A DNA stretch of 62,991 nt, filler included, from Choristocarpus tenellus KU-1152 (taxonomy: Eukaryota > Protista > Phaeophyceae), in the NCBI GenBank assembly GCA_964200185.2. It is 10 parts of 10 records of this genome, joined end to end, with 100 filler letters (N's around TTAATTAATTAA, not from the genome) between each part and the next. Parts side by side here need not be neighbours in the genome. Positions count along the whole stretch, not along the records: positions 38,133 to 42,359 come from CAXNAD020015592.1; positions 42,460 to 47,581 come from CAXNAD020011799.1; positions 47,682 to 54,707 come from CAXNAD020006828.1; 7 more parts are not named here. The stretch is one strand, 5' to 3'. A program made the position numbers and the translations under genes. Every line of letters begins with the position of its first letter. Position 1 is the stretch's first letter. This document shows, one piece after another, positions 38,520-52,000 of the stretch. The notes beneath the pieces were generated by a model, which was given only the letters and a program-made list of their open reading frames with translations, was not told the origin of the DNA and did not search any database.

Positions 38520-40838
38520 GACTCCAGATGTCTTTCCTGGTTTCCACCTCCATCGAGTGGGACAACATCCTTAGTATTTACAACAGTAGGGAGTAAAACT
38601 CTCAATCTAAGATGTGCCACTACTGGATATGTCCCTCGGGTTCGGGAAGGTGGAAACGGTTTTGTGAGACTATCAACCTGAGAGGTGTCCCTCAGACCTG
38701 CTCTTCACATCACCCACAGGACAGGGGCCTTTCAAGCTCACGGCGACAACAAAGCTGACCCAGCCATGTGAGAACAGGGCATAGTAGGGACAAAACAAAC
38801 TTGAACACAAGCGGGTAATTGAACTTAATCTTCTTACATGATAATAGGAATGAATCCATCATACGACCAGGGAAATTTGTAGTGGTCATGACTCCACTAT
38901 TCACTGGTCAAACAGGAACACACAAGGAATTTCCCACAAGATAGTATTTTCTTGGGTGGTCTCCTCCGACTCAGGGAAGTCAACAATCACTAAAGAGAAT
39001 TACCTACAAGGGTTTTCCCCGTGTAGTCTCCTCCATTTAAGGGAGCTAGTAAGAACTGAGGAGAATTCCCACATGGATTATCCTAACGTAGTATCCACTT
39101 ACCACATGGGGACCAGCACAAACTTCAGTACTTGGTGGGTGCAAAGTCATAATACACTCAAATGCTTCACTGAAGAGACAGAATTGATTCATAAATAACC
39201 AAAGTGGAAGACCTCTTCACTGGCCTGACAAGCATGTTAGCAGGCTCTCTCAAATAATAGAACATGACCACCAACAAAGGGTCCCCGATAGAGAAAACAT
39301 CATGTCATCCACATCTGCAACCAGCACAGAGAGAATCCAAGGTCAAACCCTGAGCTGAAAGTACTTCGAGGAACAGATAAGTAAGAGTTAAGAGGAACAA
39401 AGACACAAATCTCAACACAAAGATTACTCAATGTGTTTGCCAGCAGTATAAACTAGGGTCAATCAACACTGGTTGAGTGTCTACAGTGTAGACCGAGATT
39501 CTTCACTTGATGAGATTCCCACTAGCAGAAAATCATGAGAATATCAGCAACAGGCCATTACTACAGCCCGAACTCAGGGAGACAATCAAGCGTAACATGA
39601 GATACGGGCATGCATAGTTGATCAGATATGTTCCAACACACCATCAACCATAACCTTGCGCCCTGTATGTGGTGGGTTAGTATTCGCAAACCCACACACG
39701 CCCTACAATCCACGTAAGAGTTTGCTCTCGAATTCTGGTCCTTTGGTCTGAGTGTAAAGACTCTTCTGGGCCAAAAAGTGACAAAATGCAGTCCACCAAT
39801 GCTCTGATAACTCTTCATCCTCGCTTACCTGATCCACCTGTCAGAAATGGCAAAACGAGTTAAAGAATCCACAGCAGATAATAACACATATTCAAGAACT
39901 TTGGCACGGTGCTTTACCCCTTACAAGGAAAATTGCAAGACATTGAAAACAGCCTATATACACTGACCGGCATACGACCTCCAGTTAGCGGCACTGGCCG
40001 GTGCGACTGTTTACATTGCTGACAAGCTTGACAAGACGTACACCAAAAAATGACATCCTTATGAAGGGTTGGCCACCAAATCCGATCAAGAATGCGATCA
40101 AAAGTTTGTTTGAAACCAACATGGCCGGAGTCTCCTTGATCATATAGGCCATGAGGACAAGTCTATCGAGTTCTTTGGGAACAATGAGCTCGTCACGGAG
40201 GGAGTCATTCTTACATAGATGCACAGGCTGGTATGACTTGTATAACAAAGAACGCCAATCAATTTTGTGAACAAAACGAAGCACGAAATTATGTATTTTG
40301 TTTTGCTTCTCCAGGGGACAACATAGCCTTATCTGATGTAGATGAACATGAATATTCAAAATATAACTTACAATATTATATACTTCAAGCTTCAGAGAGA
40401 CGCATAGGGTCTCCTACTGGGAACACATGAACTCCTCAAGTAAATAACCCTTGATCACTCTGGAGTGGGATGACTCCACCCAACTGATCTGCGGAGATTT
40501 CAATCGCAGGAGGAGTTACTTTGAGGATTGACAATACCAGTTTGCAAGACATTGTAACATATTGGAGTCAACTGGAGTTGAGAAACCTCACACTGTCCAA
40601 ACGCATTCATTGCTCGAGATAGTATATCTAGCACAGCATTCAACTCACCAGCTCTTACGTTGAGCCACGAAATCAAATTGCTGAAAAGCTATCGCCCTAC
40701 GGGATAACAAGTTCAACAAAACGCTGCATGATCTGTGAACATGTTGGCGAAATGACTGCCCCAAACATACAGACACCAACAGGCGATCACCTAAACAACA
40801 GCCCAACATTTTGTATGCATAGCAGCATAGTGATTTTT

Positions 40839-40874
<36 letters not shown>

Positions 40875-42359
40875 GATTTACAATGGGAAACAAATATTCA
40901 AAGCCCACCCGACCTGGATTGATTCGAGCTAAATATGGCCCCATACTCCATTCACTAGCATCCACGTGGATGGTAAAATTCACAACTAATTCACAACTAA
41001 GATTGGTAAAGATATATCACTGCAGCAACGGTAAGAAGCCGTTTGCACTCCTCAAAAGCTGATTGCTGCTCAAATGTCCCACGATGTACCCAACACTGGA
41101 CTTTTTTTGTTTTACAGGCATGAGTGAGGGTAACCAAAATGGGGCTGTAGGTACTTGATAAATCGGGAATGTTCTTGTTATTCATTGCCTCTGTTCTCGA
41201 CTGACTTACAGAGATACCTCCGAGGGTGACAGTACGTCCAAGGTATGTAATCTTGCCCGATCCAATACACAACTTCACACAGTCTTGAGGGTAGCACCTG
41301 CGGCTTGGAGGGTGGATAGTGATAGAATCTCTTCCGATGAGGTGAACATGGTCTTTCCATGCAGGAGATGCCAAGAGGATATCGTCTAAATAAACAAGGA
41401 GACCCAACGAGGGATCAAAAGACCAAAACGTGGTCGACACGAACCTCTGGAGCACCCAGGGTATACTGCTGACTCTAAACTGTAGTCTCCAGGAACCCCC
41501 ATTTAGCATCAGATGAGAAAACCCTGAATGGGTTATGTTTTGGATCCCTTCCGTTTCTGTATCCCCAAGGGAATTTGGAGGAGTCCGTTGAAGTATTCTT
41601 CAATGGAGTTGTTGTGGGTAGGTCATGGTTGGAGGTTGTCGCCATTGCCCACAACCCCCGTAAAAGAATACTTCAAAGGGCTCCACCAATTCCCCTTGGG
41701 GACACAGAAAAGGGAGGGTGCGGAAACATACCTCATCGCGGGGCTTTCTCATATGCCGCACTTGCAAAGGGTGAGAAATATCCTTTTGAACGCATGCCTA
41801 AACAACACACTAGCACACAGTATTACTCGAGGGCACTGGCAGAAAAGGGCATCAGGCACGAGTCTATCACCCCTCCACAACAAAAAAGCTTCCAAGTCAA
41901 GCAACCTGCTGTACTTCAGGTCATCAACGCTGAGGAAAGGAGAACCGGCATTGTGGGGGGGCAACAGGGGCAGGGGGCAGCAAAACATGAGTTGGACCTA
42001 TTAGCACCCGCCAAAACCTGCAGCAGGTAACATTCATTTACCGTTCAGCTCCCTAAGTGCCTTCATTGCTTCGACCACAGCAGGAGGGGGCGACATCCAA
42101 CACGCCATCCTGGTACTTAGTGCCCACCAACGTGACCGGGGCAAACAAATGCCATTGCTCCACTACCAGCCTGACTGAAGGCGATCAAACGAGATGACAA
42201 TGAGCTCGACGATGCCAGAGAGGACAGAGAAGAGGACGTGCCTCCACCCCCCGCTCAGCAACTTCCCCACCGGCAGGGTATCTGAGGTGGGGCTACTTGC
42301 ACTGGAATCGGACTGAACCCCCCCCCCCGCGTGCATAAACTGGCAGGTTGGATTCACTG
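38520..42359 (-). mobile_element. Decayed Ty3/Gypsy LTR-retrotransposon pol (RT-RNaseH-integrase)
   Basis: LLVYLDDILL (~41400-41370); FTIHVDAS (~40980); integrase zinc finger GHVGFKQTFDRILDRIWWPTLHKDVIFWCTSCQACQ (~40130-40015); core YVLLSAVDSLTRF (~39890-39850). Gypsy domain order, many stops and frameshifts, no LTRs found; boundaries approximate. Confidence 0.88.
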
Positions 42360-42635
42360 NNNNNNNNNNNNNNNNNNNNNNNNNNNNNNNNNNNNNNNNN
42401 NNNTTAATTAATTAANNNNNNNNNNNNNNNNNNNNNNNNNNNNNNNNNNNNNNNNNNNNCCAGTCAATTTTGGGTCAAGTCCATCCTCAATGAAAAGCTC
42501 CATCCTCAATTTTTGAAATCGGCTGTTATTATTGTGTTTAATACTTCATTGCAAGTCTAGATGCGCAAGGAGTAGGCGTTTTCCGCGCACACGTTATTCC
42601 TCCACAAACTTGTCTTCCATATAACTACCACTATT

Positions 42636-42708
42636 TTATTATTATGCCCTCCGACATTTTGCAGATGTGTCAGGGGGAAACCAATGAAAACTATATACAT
42701 ATGTGTAT
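42636..42708 (-). mobile_element. 5'-truncated retroposon 3' end with a 12-bp TSD
   Basis: Reverse-complement copy of the 23856-23940 element, flanked by ACTACCACTATT at 42624-42635 and 42709-42720. Confidence 0.8.
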
Positions 42709-42984
42709 ACTACCACTATTGTTGTCTGGGATGAAACTCAAACCTCACAAAAAAACAGATCAAGTCCTACACAACATTTCTCACTCTCCACATTAGGGTA
42801 GAACAACTAACTGTTAATTCGTTCCAAACGTCCTCCCAAACTTAATCGAAGAGTGAGTGAAGAGGACACATTCGTAATAATAATAGTATGTTAGTGGGTA
42901 TAATAATAATAATAACAATAGTAGCACTTTTTTCGAACCTCAAATATAGAGCAATACAAATCTTCAACCAAAATAATCTGGTTA

Positions 42985-43008
42985 GCATGTCAGACGGCAT
43001 AATAATAA
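42985..43008 (+). mobile_element. 24-nt retroposon 3' tip with a 10-bp TSD
   Basis: GCATGTCAGACGGCATAATAATAA flanked by AATCTGGTTA at 42975-42984 and 43009-43018. Confidence 0.7.
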
Positions 43009-44589
43009 AATCTGGTTAATATCATCTCCTCTTTTTTAGGGCTATCTAGTCAGCAAACAAATCAACTGTCTCTCTCTTCAGTATTCACCAACCAAACTGA
43101 ACTGCTAGAAACACATGGAATAGAACCAAAAACAGAGGGTTCAAGACCTTGCTAGCGTGTTCTATGTATTGTTTCTCCAAAAAATACATATATTTCTCTC
43201 ACCTTTCACTGGCTTTCTCACATAGTATAAAGTAATATAAAATATGGTAGACACATCTCCAAAATGTTAGAGTGCATAATGATATAATAGGACAACATCA
43301 CAATTACTATTTCTGTAAAGTTGAAAATTCAGAATAGAACTGTTTCATTCTTTTTATTGTACAAATTCTTTGATAATGATGCAAAAAAACTCCCATCTTG
43401 CAGATTCTTCAGATTCTATCATCTTCTCCTTCCACGTATATTGCTACACATGCACTAAGAAGCATATCAATGTGGAGATTGATTCGTAGGGTACCACGAT
43501 CATTTAATAAACCTTGTTGTATGGTCCATTTTTTTATTAATAACTCTTCCTAAAGTTATTTTATTGATACATTCTTGTTGTGGAAGTTAGTAAGTACATA
43601 CTCCTCAACTCAAACGGGGGGATATTTGCTTCTATCCTAAGACATGCACCCCTTCCCTTCTTCCTCTAGTCCAACAAACTTTAGTACACTAACTGCTGAA
43701 CATGACGGAAAGGAGAACAGATAGTTGGCTCAGAACGTGATATCTTATATTCGAGTAACACCTGTCTCCAGCAGGGTCCTAGTTTGTCCTGTGATGATTC
43801 CTTCTTACTCTTATTTTATGAGAGTTCCCTGCTATTACCTACTTGAAGGTCAAAGTTGCCCACGGTAGATATACCAGTATGTTTGCTCGATCATGAGATA
43901 TTGCTCAGATTGGCAGGGATAGACCCACCCTGGCACAATCCAACCCTCCTACCCAAGCATAGCCTATCCCAACTTGCTACTACCAACCTATTTTGACACG
44001 GCCACCTCGTGTGCCTTTCCTCCTTGTGTTGCTCGAGCATTTGGCTGATAGGTACTGGAGCTTCTCCTCTTTCCCCCGAGGCGTAGACCACACTCCCTCC
44101 CCCTTCACCTTTCTTCGTATGGTGTTGTAGCTCAAGTACTATGACTGGTTCGTGACAGAGGTCCTCCTTTTCCTATATTCCCCCCTGCACAGCCCACTAG
44201 AGTTTACCCAACATCGTCCTCCCGATGTACCCTTCCTACGACTGGTGAAGCACAATGTCTATTATCAGGCGGTTCTTTCCCTCCTCTCTGCTACCCCTCA
44301 GCATATACACACTGTTACTCACACATGTAATTGTGCCCTGCCCTATTATTGTCATAGAAGTCTGGCAGTAGCCAATTGTGGTTGTTGCTCATGAGACACC
44401 GATCGGAGAACGTGATTACAGGATTTTCAATCAACAGGATTTGGCAACATTTACATCCATCTGAGCATGTGCGTGTGTAGCTGTGAGGGCGATAGTCGTC
44501 ACTGTAGTAGTAGTTAATCCTGTTGTTCACAGAGTGCCATAATAACAAAATTATTGCGAAATGAGAAGTGTATGGATCCAGCACATGAG

Positions 44590-45300
44590 AGGATGCTGCA
44601 AAGTGGTGGAAACAACAGTCCCCCCCTGGATGGAGATACAGGTAGATGTTACTGATGAAATCCAAAAGGAGAGTACATCTTGAGCCGAAGTAAGAGGCAG
44701 ACAAGGTAGCATTTCAAAGGTTCCGAGAAATAGTCAATACAGGCATTGCTGAATTGTCGTGTCTTGTATATGTATTCACGACCCCCTTCGAAGGTCAAGT
44801 CTGCCAAAGGCATTAGTGATGATGAAGTACAACAAACAGAAGGAATTGTTTCATCGGTGGCGGAAGGGCCCTGAATAGGATTCGCTTTGACTCTTCCCGG
44901 ACACAACTCACCAACCTTCTTACAGCCCCAGAGGAACAGGAGGGAACTTCTTCACTGGCTCTTACCCGACAATAAGTCATTGCGGGCAACAGGGTTAATG
45001 CATGGGCCTTCACACAGCCCCTGGAATCAGCTCACCTAATTCCTCTTCTAGAGACCAACGTCACTGCGAGCAGGTTTCTAGGGAGAGAAGAGGCCATGTC
45101 TAACAGGTGCTCAGTACCTAGGTGCAGGAGGCAGCATATAGACGCGAGATATGCTTGAACCTGCCCTAAGGTGGAAGGACAGGTTCGCCCAACACATACC
45201 CATAGTGAACTAGTTAAGGCAATTTTGCAAGAGAATGGGCATTCCTTGAAAATTGGCCCAATAGGAAGAGGTTTCCTAGGGAACCTTGTTGTGTAGTTTA
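44590..45300 (-). pseudogene. Probable DIRS/Ngaro-type tyrosine recombinase relic
   Basis: In order: STLGQVQAYLASI..LH (SAM-like), RRGIR...KAHALT, CRVRASE (RxSE box), LADLTF...YKTRQF (SKTDQ-like), LHPGG (HSLRxGG-like). Spread over several frames. Confidence 0.45.
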
Positions 45301-46834
45301 ATATTTTTGTAAGAAAGAAATACTTCAAAGTGTCCACTCTTGCATCAAAGGTTTTTGCAGTCTAGATTTTGGTGTTTTCTCTACCTATGACACATCTGTA
45401 AAATGTCACAGGACAAAATAATATATGCTGACATATCAGTGTACCAAGCATAAGTTAGCCAAAAAAAGTTAAACTTACGATTTTAAGGCCAATATATACA
45501 GGAGATTTCCGCAGATTAAATTTGAGATGTTGGCAGCAAATGCCCATCGCCGATTCTTCTTTGCTTCATGTCAGAAATCGGTGTCACTACGGGGCGATGG
45601 ATGATGGTTGGAGGTGAATGGGCAACACTCAGTACCCAGTATTACATTTTGCCACTGCCTACAGTTAACTGAAACGTGGACGACAAATCTGTAAGATATA
45701 TGTGGGAAGGATGTTACACTACCTTCGATTTTTTTTTTTGGAGGGCTTAACCTTTGTATTCTGGAGGAGGACCATATATGGAGGGTCGTTATTAGATCTC
45801 GTATTGTCAAGAGTTCAGGTCAAGGTCAATCTCCAACCCCCAGAACTAAAGGTGCTTTGTATCATCACCCCGTCATGCGCCACTTATCTTAGGAAAGTTC
45901 AACCAAAAATTCAAGCGTCCCCGAATTGATATTGCATCTGGTGGAGCCCCTCAACAGCTGGGAAGCCTTTATACTTGCAGTGCACGGATGCAATTCCAAG
46001 TAAATCGGCGCGTGGGTCCATCATGATTTTCTGGATCTTATTTTATACCATAGGAGACGATTACCTACACCGTACGAAGTTTACTTTTTCTGACACAACT
46101 CATCGCACTAGAAACAACGAACTCGAAGCCATCTTTCTTACCCTGTGCAATACACTATATTTCGTTGCTTTATGTGCATAGTAGTGTACGCAAAATTGAT
46201 ACCCTCCCTCTCCCGCACAAAGTGACACCACAATTCAGCAGAGGCCCTTTCGATAACCGTACAAAATGACCTCTTTTTGCCCTTTGTTAGGATTCTTAAA
46301 ATGCAAACACCCCTTAGTTGCTTTGAGTCATTATCTTAGTTGAAGCGAGGTTAAGGTGGGACAAGTGCAGATTGAGGAGTCATGAGCATCTTCAAAGAAG
46401 GGCCTCATGAACACAAGTCAAGATGTGAGAAAAAATTGGATCTTCCATGTGTGACAACTCTGAATGACGAATTGTTCCAAGTCTGTGGGATTGGTCTCGT
46501 GAAGAGATTCCATGGTTTCATTCTGATGGAAGGTTTGCAAGTGGAATCATGGATGCTTGACAAGGAACCTCAGTCGGTACAACGGTATATATCATACGTC
46601 AATAATGGTATAACAACGGAAAACATGCTTTCCACATCACCCCTCATTCTGATCGGCCTTGAAGCCATGTAAACATGATTCACGGTCAACCAAAAAGTGA
46701 GCTCTGGGAGCGAAATGGGAAACATGTGCGACTGTTAGTGTACTATTGCACCATAGTATACTATTGCACCATTGTATTTCACGACTCCATTAATACAAAA
46801 TGAAGTGTAATATATAAACGAGGCACATAATGAA

Positions 46835-47367
46835 TATCTGATCAGGATAACATTAGCNNNNNNNNNNATGGTGTGTGGTCAGCACACCAATCAACCTTAC
46901 GAGGTCTGAGAGTATGGGATCAGTATATCAATCAGCCTAAAGACGAGGCGAGAGGTATATGTGGCCAGCATATAGGGTCTCTCCCTGTGTACGACGTTTT
47001 CGCCTCGATCTTGAGTTCGGCAAGTTTCGTCCGTGGTAAATACAAAATTTCCTATCACCCTGTTTCTGAGGTCACTGGTGTCGCCAATGTGAATCGTGTG
47101 ATTCTGTGGCGGTGTGGTTCACTCAGGCAAGGGTGGCGAAGAGAATCATCGGGCAAGACGGACCAGACGAACAAAGACGGACCGTAACCAAGAGCACAAA
47201 ATGAGGCTAACGATGTATATCTGATCAGGATAACATAGCCGAAAGGTTGATGGTGTGTGGTCAGCACACCAATCAAGCTTACAAACGAAGTATGAGTGTA
47301 TGGGATCAGCATATCAGTCAGCCTAAAGACGAGGCGAGAGGTATATGTGGCCAGCATATAGGTCTCT
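46835..47367. repeat. ~150-bp direct repeat, 2 copies (46835-46983 and 47217-47367), possibly LTR-related
   Basis: Shared ATATCTGATCAGGATAACAT...GGTGTGTGGTCAGCACACCAATCAA...CAGCCTAAAGACGAGGCGAGAGGTATATGTGGCCAGCATATAGG; the first copy contains a 10-N gap. Confidence 0.8.
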
Positions 47368-48599
47368 AATATCTTGTTTAAAACAGAGGATATACTCAGA
47401 ATGGGGAGGCGAGGAGCAAACACTATATACGATGTCAACAAAACGATTACTAATGTTTTTGATTCGACATTGCTGTAAGTGTTACACGATGATTTGATCA
47501 CCACTCCGATGCGTGAGAACAACATCACGTGTTATGCAATCAAATCAACACAGCAAACGGAGAGATCAAATGTGTGCACCCNNNNNNNNNNNNNNNNNNN
47601 NNNNNNNNNNNNNNNNNNNNNNNNNTTAATTAATTAANNNNNNNNNNNNNNNNNNNNNNNNNNNNNNNNNNNNNNNNNNNNAAAGAAGTTGTTTGACCGA
47701 AACGGACGCCCCCTCACAACCCCCCCCCCCCAGATACTTTGGGTTAATTTGATTTCAAGGTTAGGGGGTGCACAGACATTTTGTGAGCAAAAGTGTATGT
47801 AGTGGAACCAGTGACCGTTCACAAGACTGTTGTTGTACCTGGATATTGCACTGAAAAACTGAGTGAATTGGAGATATTGTTCTGGCCTGGTGAGAGACAG
47901 GGCATGGGCTGGTACAATCTCTTACTACAGATTGGCGCCCCTTTCTATTGAATCAAGATAGTGATTCCACCAGCTGTTAATTGCCTAGATTATCTCTTGA
48001 ACAAGCAAGCCCTCGTATTACAACAGCAGATTAGTGAGCCGTTTGAATTGTCCATGACCCCCAAGCACTAGTTGAATGGTGTAGTTATTGTGTACTGGAG
48101 CAAAATCTAGGATGTAGAGAGTGTTTCTGTAAGGTGCAGAAGTGAGGGCACGTCCATTGTTGTTCTGTGTCCTATTTGAGGGCCACCTGGGATGTTTGCT
48201 TACGGCTGAGAGAGAGTCAATACATACCAATCCTGTAAGAGAATTCAAAGTTCACCGAGAGCTTCTATGGGATTCAAAATTTCAGACAGCTGTGTGCATA
48301 ACCATGATATTGCAATGCCCTGAAGCTTCAACTCCTTCTACTCATTATAAAATAGTCATATTAACAGCCGCAGTAAAAATCTGCCATGAACTGTAAAATC
48401 ACTTGGCACATTATTGTAAATTGTACTATATTTCATATCGTGTGTAATGTGAAGCTGACTGGGGGATATCATCCTATTGGCTCAGGGTCCTGTCCTATTA
48501 ATCTAATTTGTGTACATGCTGTTCGCAAAATGTCCCCTTCAACACGACCTTAGGATGAACCTATTGCTCAAGTGTGTTATTTTGTGTATCAAACTGGTG

Positions 48600-49070
48600 C
48601 AATATCTGTTTCCATGATCCACGCTTGCCTACTGTAGAATTCCTTGGACAAACAAGTATTTTAGAGGAATTTGGTCTGAAAAGTCTTTTTGTCAAGAGTC
48701 GTTGTACTTGGGTTTGTGTTCCAGAATACGGTATGCGTGATATGATAGTTCACATTGTTTCGCAGTAGTGGGGTTGCGTTCCTACGTAGATGACTATTTC
48801 TTGAAAAAGGAAACGAGCTCTGGTAGTGATGGGGGCACATTACTAAAGGGAATGGAAGTCATCGTTTTGAACATTAGGAAAGTTGTTTGGGTGGCCCCAC
48901 GAACTAACCCTGGAAATTCCCAATTTTTTCTGGCCAAGACTTTTTGTAGTTGATGGAATGGTATGGCGTTAAGAATTTCTACACAGACCACCGTTTCCTT
49001 CACAATTGTACTCTGCTGCTGGCTATACTGCAACCCTATAATCAATGCTCTGTTGGAAGTAAAACACCCA
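48600..49070 (+). mobile_element. Possible heavily decayed LTR-type reverse transcriptase
   Basis: FGLKS (48670) followed by SYVDDYF (48780) and NPIINALL; weak motif support only. Confidence 0.3.
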
Positions 49071-52000
49071 ACGAAGCCTTGAGAGTGTGATTTTGACCAT
49101 TACCTTCAATTGTGGTCATTGTATTCAGTGACCAAGGGGTTCTACACACTAGGATTAGATCGCAACCCCCCTCCACCCTATGAGACGATATTCACAGTAC
49201 TATAGAGTGCCGAAGATCACTCTGTAGTGAACTGAACTACGAAACACCAACTCGATAACAAACCCTAACTACAACCTGGCTCGGGGACAAAGGACTACAC
49301 TGCACTATACATCATCCATGTTCACAGCAAACCCGATCGATTGCCAGCTGACGAGTTATTATACCTTGGCGATTTGTTGCGCACAATACTGCTAACAACT
49401 CATTTACTGTATACACCACCTTCCCCCTCCTCCATAGACCACTAGAGGCACTGCTTGAGGGTTGGTGTTCGAAATTCTAGAAATTGGGGCCCTTTAGTGT
49501 GCATATATATCTGTATCATTTGTGGAGAATTAGTTGACTGTGTGTTACCGTTGATATGCGGAGGGCTCTGGAACATTGTGATGTGACTTCCCAAGAAAAA
49601 ATAGGGCCGAAGACTATGTGTGCATGCCTGTAGTGGTGGAGCACGTAGCACATGTAGATTGTGTGCGTTGTTGACTTTCGTCTATAAAAACCTAACCACG
49701 AAGGTATAAAACTGGTGGCAGAGACAAGGTGGTCATCATATGCCTATCTATATATCTGTATCTTGCAGACAGCCCGGATCGAGTCCAATAAACGATTCGT
49801 ATCGAGTACTTTCTCTCAAGCTGCTGCTATTTCAGGGTAGAACCTGTTTCGTGGTAAGTACTACATCCTTCGAACTGTTCGTTGATATCCTCTTCCTCTT
49901 AGACCAATCTTGACTGGGTTTTATTAGTCTCTGTTCTGTTCTTACGGCGCAACTCCAAAAGCCCTATCGTGAGGAAAACGTACACCTCCCAACCCTAGTA
50001 CTATTCCCACCGCCCCGCCATTTGTTGTCGCCACCACTCCTTGCATCTCACCTCATTCAACCAATCACTCGATCATTCCAACTAGGTGGATATCAGAGTT
50101 AAGGAGGATGCCCCAGAGCGCCCTGTCGCGGTGAATGGCAGGCTGGAGCTAGTGGGATCGCTTCCCCTCGCACAGACCGACTATCACGACCTGCGCTTGA
50201 AGAGTGAGGGCGGGTGCGGTGACCATGGGTGCGAACCTTTCTATCTAAAGGTGCTAGAGGGGTGGGAGGAAAGGGGTTCAGGGGGTGGTTGTGACTTGGC
50301 ATTTTTTGCGTCTTGTATTTGGAAGGGTCTGGAGAGAGTGCAAAAAGCATTTCCTGTGTTTCGTGATGTTGATACAGTTCGATAATGCCATACAAAAACA
50401 CTTACTGCCTCTCTTCTCTAGACAATGGTCTTTTCTCCGAATTCTTGCTTCATGTCAAGACTTTTGCTTGGTTTTTGAAGAGAGGAGAATTCAGGAATGC
50501 AAGTTGGGGGGGCAGGCATTTTTTTTAATTCCTCCCTCTAAAGTTTGGCTGAGAACCTGCAGTAGGGCGGGGGATTATTTTTCATGTGATTTGACAATGT
50601 GATGAGGATGTAAACTATTGCAAGTACTATTTGGGATGGGAGCACGTAGGTAGACCTGAAATGAACCTCTGGTTGTCAACACGTTTGACATACGATGTTT
50701 TTCTTCGGGCTACTGTTGTCATTGTTCAAATTTTACCCAGCTAAAGTTCTAATGCTCAACATTGCCTCCACTTTTGACCACCACATGAGAACACGCCAAG
50801 GCATAAAATTCATTATATCCATATACTATATCTCTTCTACATGGTACCAAATACAGCTTGCTCATAACCACACACACCTTGACGCTTCTTCTCCCAACCC
50901 CGTCCACGCCAGGCACCAATTGCAGCTGTTGTGACCCTTTGTTGTTGATGCATATATTATCTTTTCCGGAGTATATACATCGCGCCATGTATATCATGTG
51001 CACAATCTGAAATGGAAAAGCTACAAGATGCTTACATATAATAAGAAGATGCCAAATCCATGAAAAATTGAACCCATATATTATTGCATATGCGAGTGTG
51101 TCAGGATCAGGCAATGACAAATCAATCCAGGTGGTCCTGCTCCCCTTCTCTGGGGCCAAGTGCGGATCGCAACAGGTCCATTCAAGGTGCCACATGCTCG
51201 GCGACATTTAACCTTGGATACTACAGGGACCTCAGACAGATTCGATTAGGTGAGTCAGAGGCTTAGTTGGGTAAGGTGTGTGTGTGTGTGAAGAGTTGAA
51301 TTCAGTAGTGGAGTCAAAGTAAACGAGAGGAACCCAGAGTTGCATTTTAAAGATGCTTGACAAATATACGTAAAATTCGGCTCTTCTACAAATTTGTAAA
51401 ATATATTTTGTGAAGTGTGTCACAAAAGTTTCAAGCAATTAAAGAAGTAAACACTCTCAGTTCAAACGTAGAACTTCATTCATAGAAATATGGGTGAATT
51501 GCAATAGATTGAAAATCAGACTTTAAATGCAAATCGGCCCGAACTTGTGCACCTCTTGTTTACTTTGGCTCAGTGCTGAGGTTTGGTTTGACCATGTGGT
51601 TTGGCGATTGTGCCGGTTATGTAGTTAGAAGTTAAAGAACTAAAAGACAATGTTTTGTTCTGATATATGGTTACGCCAGGGGCCCATTTTATATATTTTG
51701 GGTTCTAATCCTATGCTGCTTACTCTACCTGTATTGAGTTGGCTGAAACCGTGTGTGTGCATTATGTAAATACTTATTTTAATGCCTACTACACAAGTTT
51801 GTTTTCCTACAGGATTGACATACACATATGCACTGTTCCTACCTACGATTGCGTATCCAGCTATGCCATTATTTCCTGCATATCATTCCTAGTACTTCAA
51901 AGCGCGTAACTACAGTTATTATTCTTTGTTGGTCAAATTTGTCAAGCTGTGCCACCTCTTGAGTACTGAACAGACGTCTTGAGCCAAGAACGGTTTTTAT

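Noticed and set aside
41528-42030. Plus-strand ORFs of 151-158 aa
   Set aside because: Antisense shadows of the Gypsy pol on the minus strand.
42634-43010. One element bounded by ~24-bp TIRs
   Set aside because: Each apparent TIR has its own flanking direct repeat, so two independent, oppositely oriented retroposon tips explain it better.
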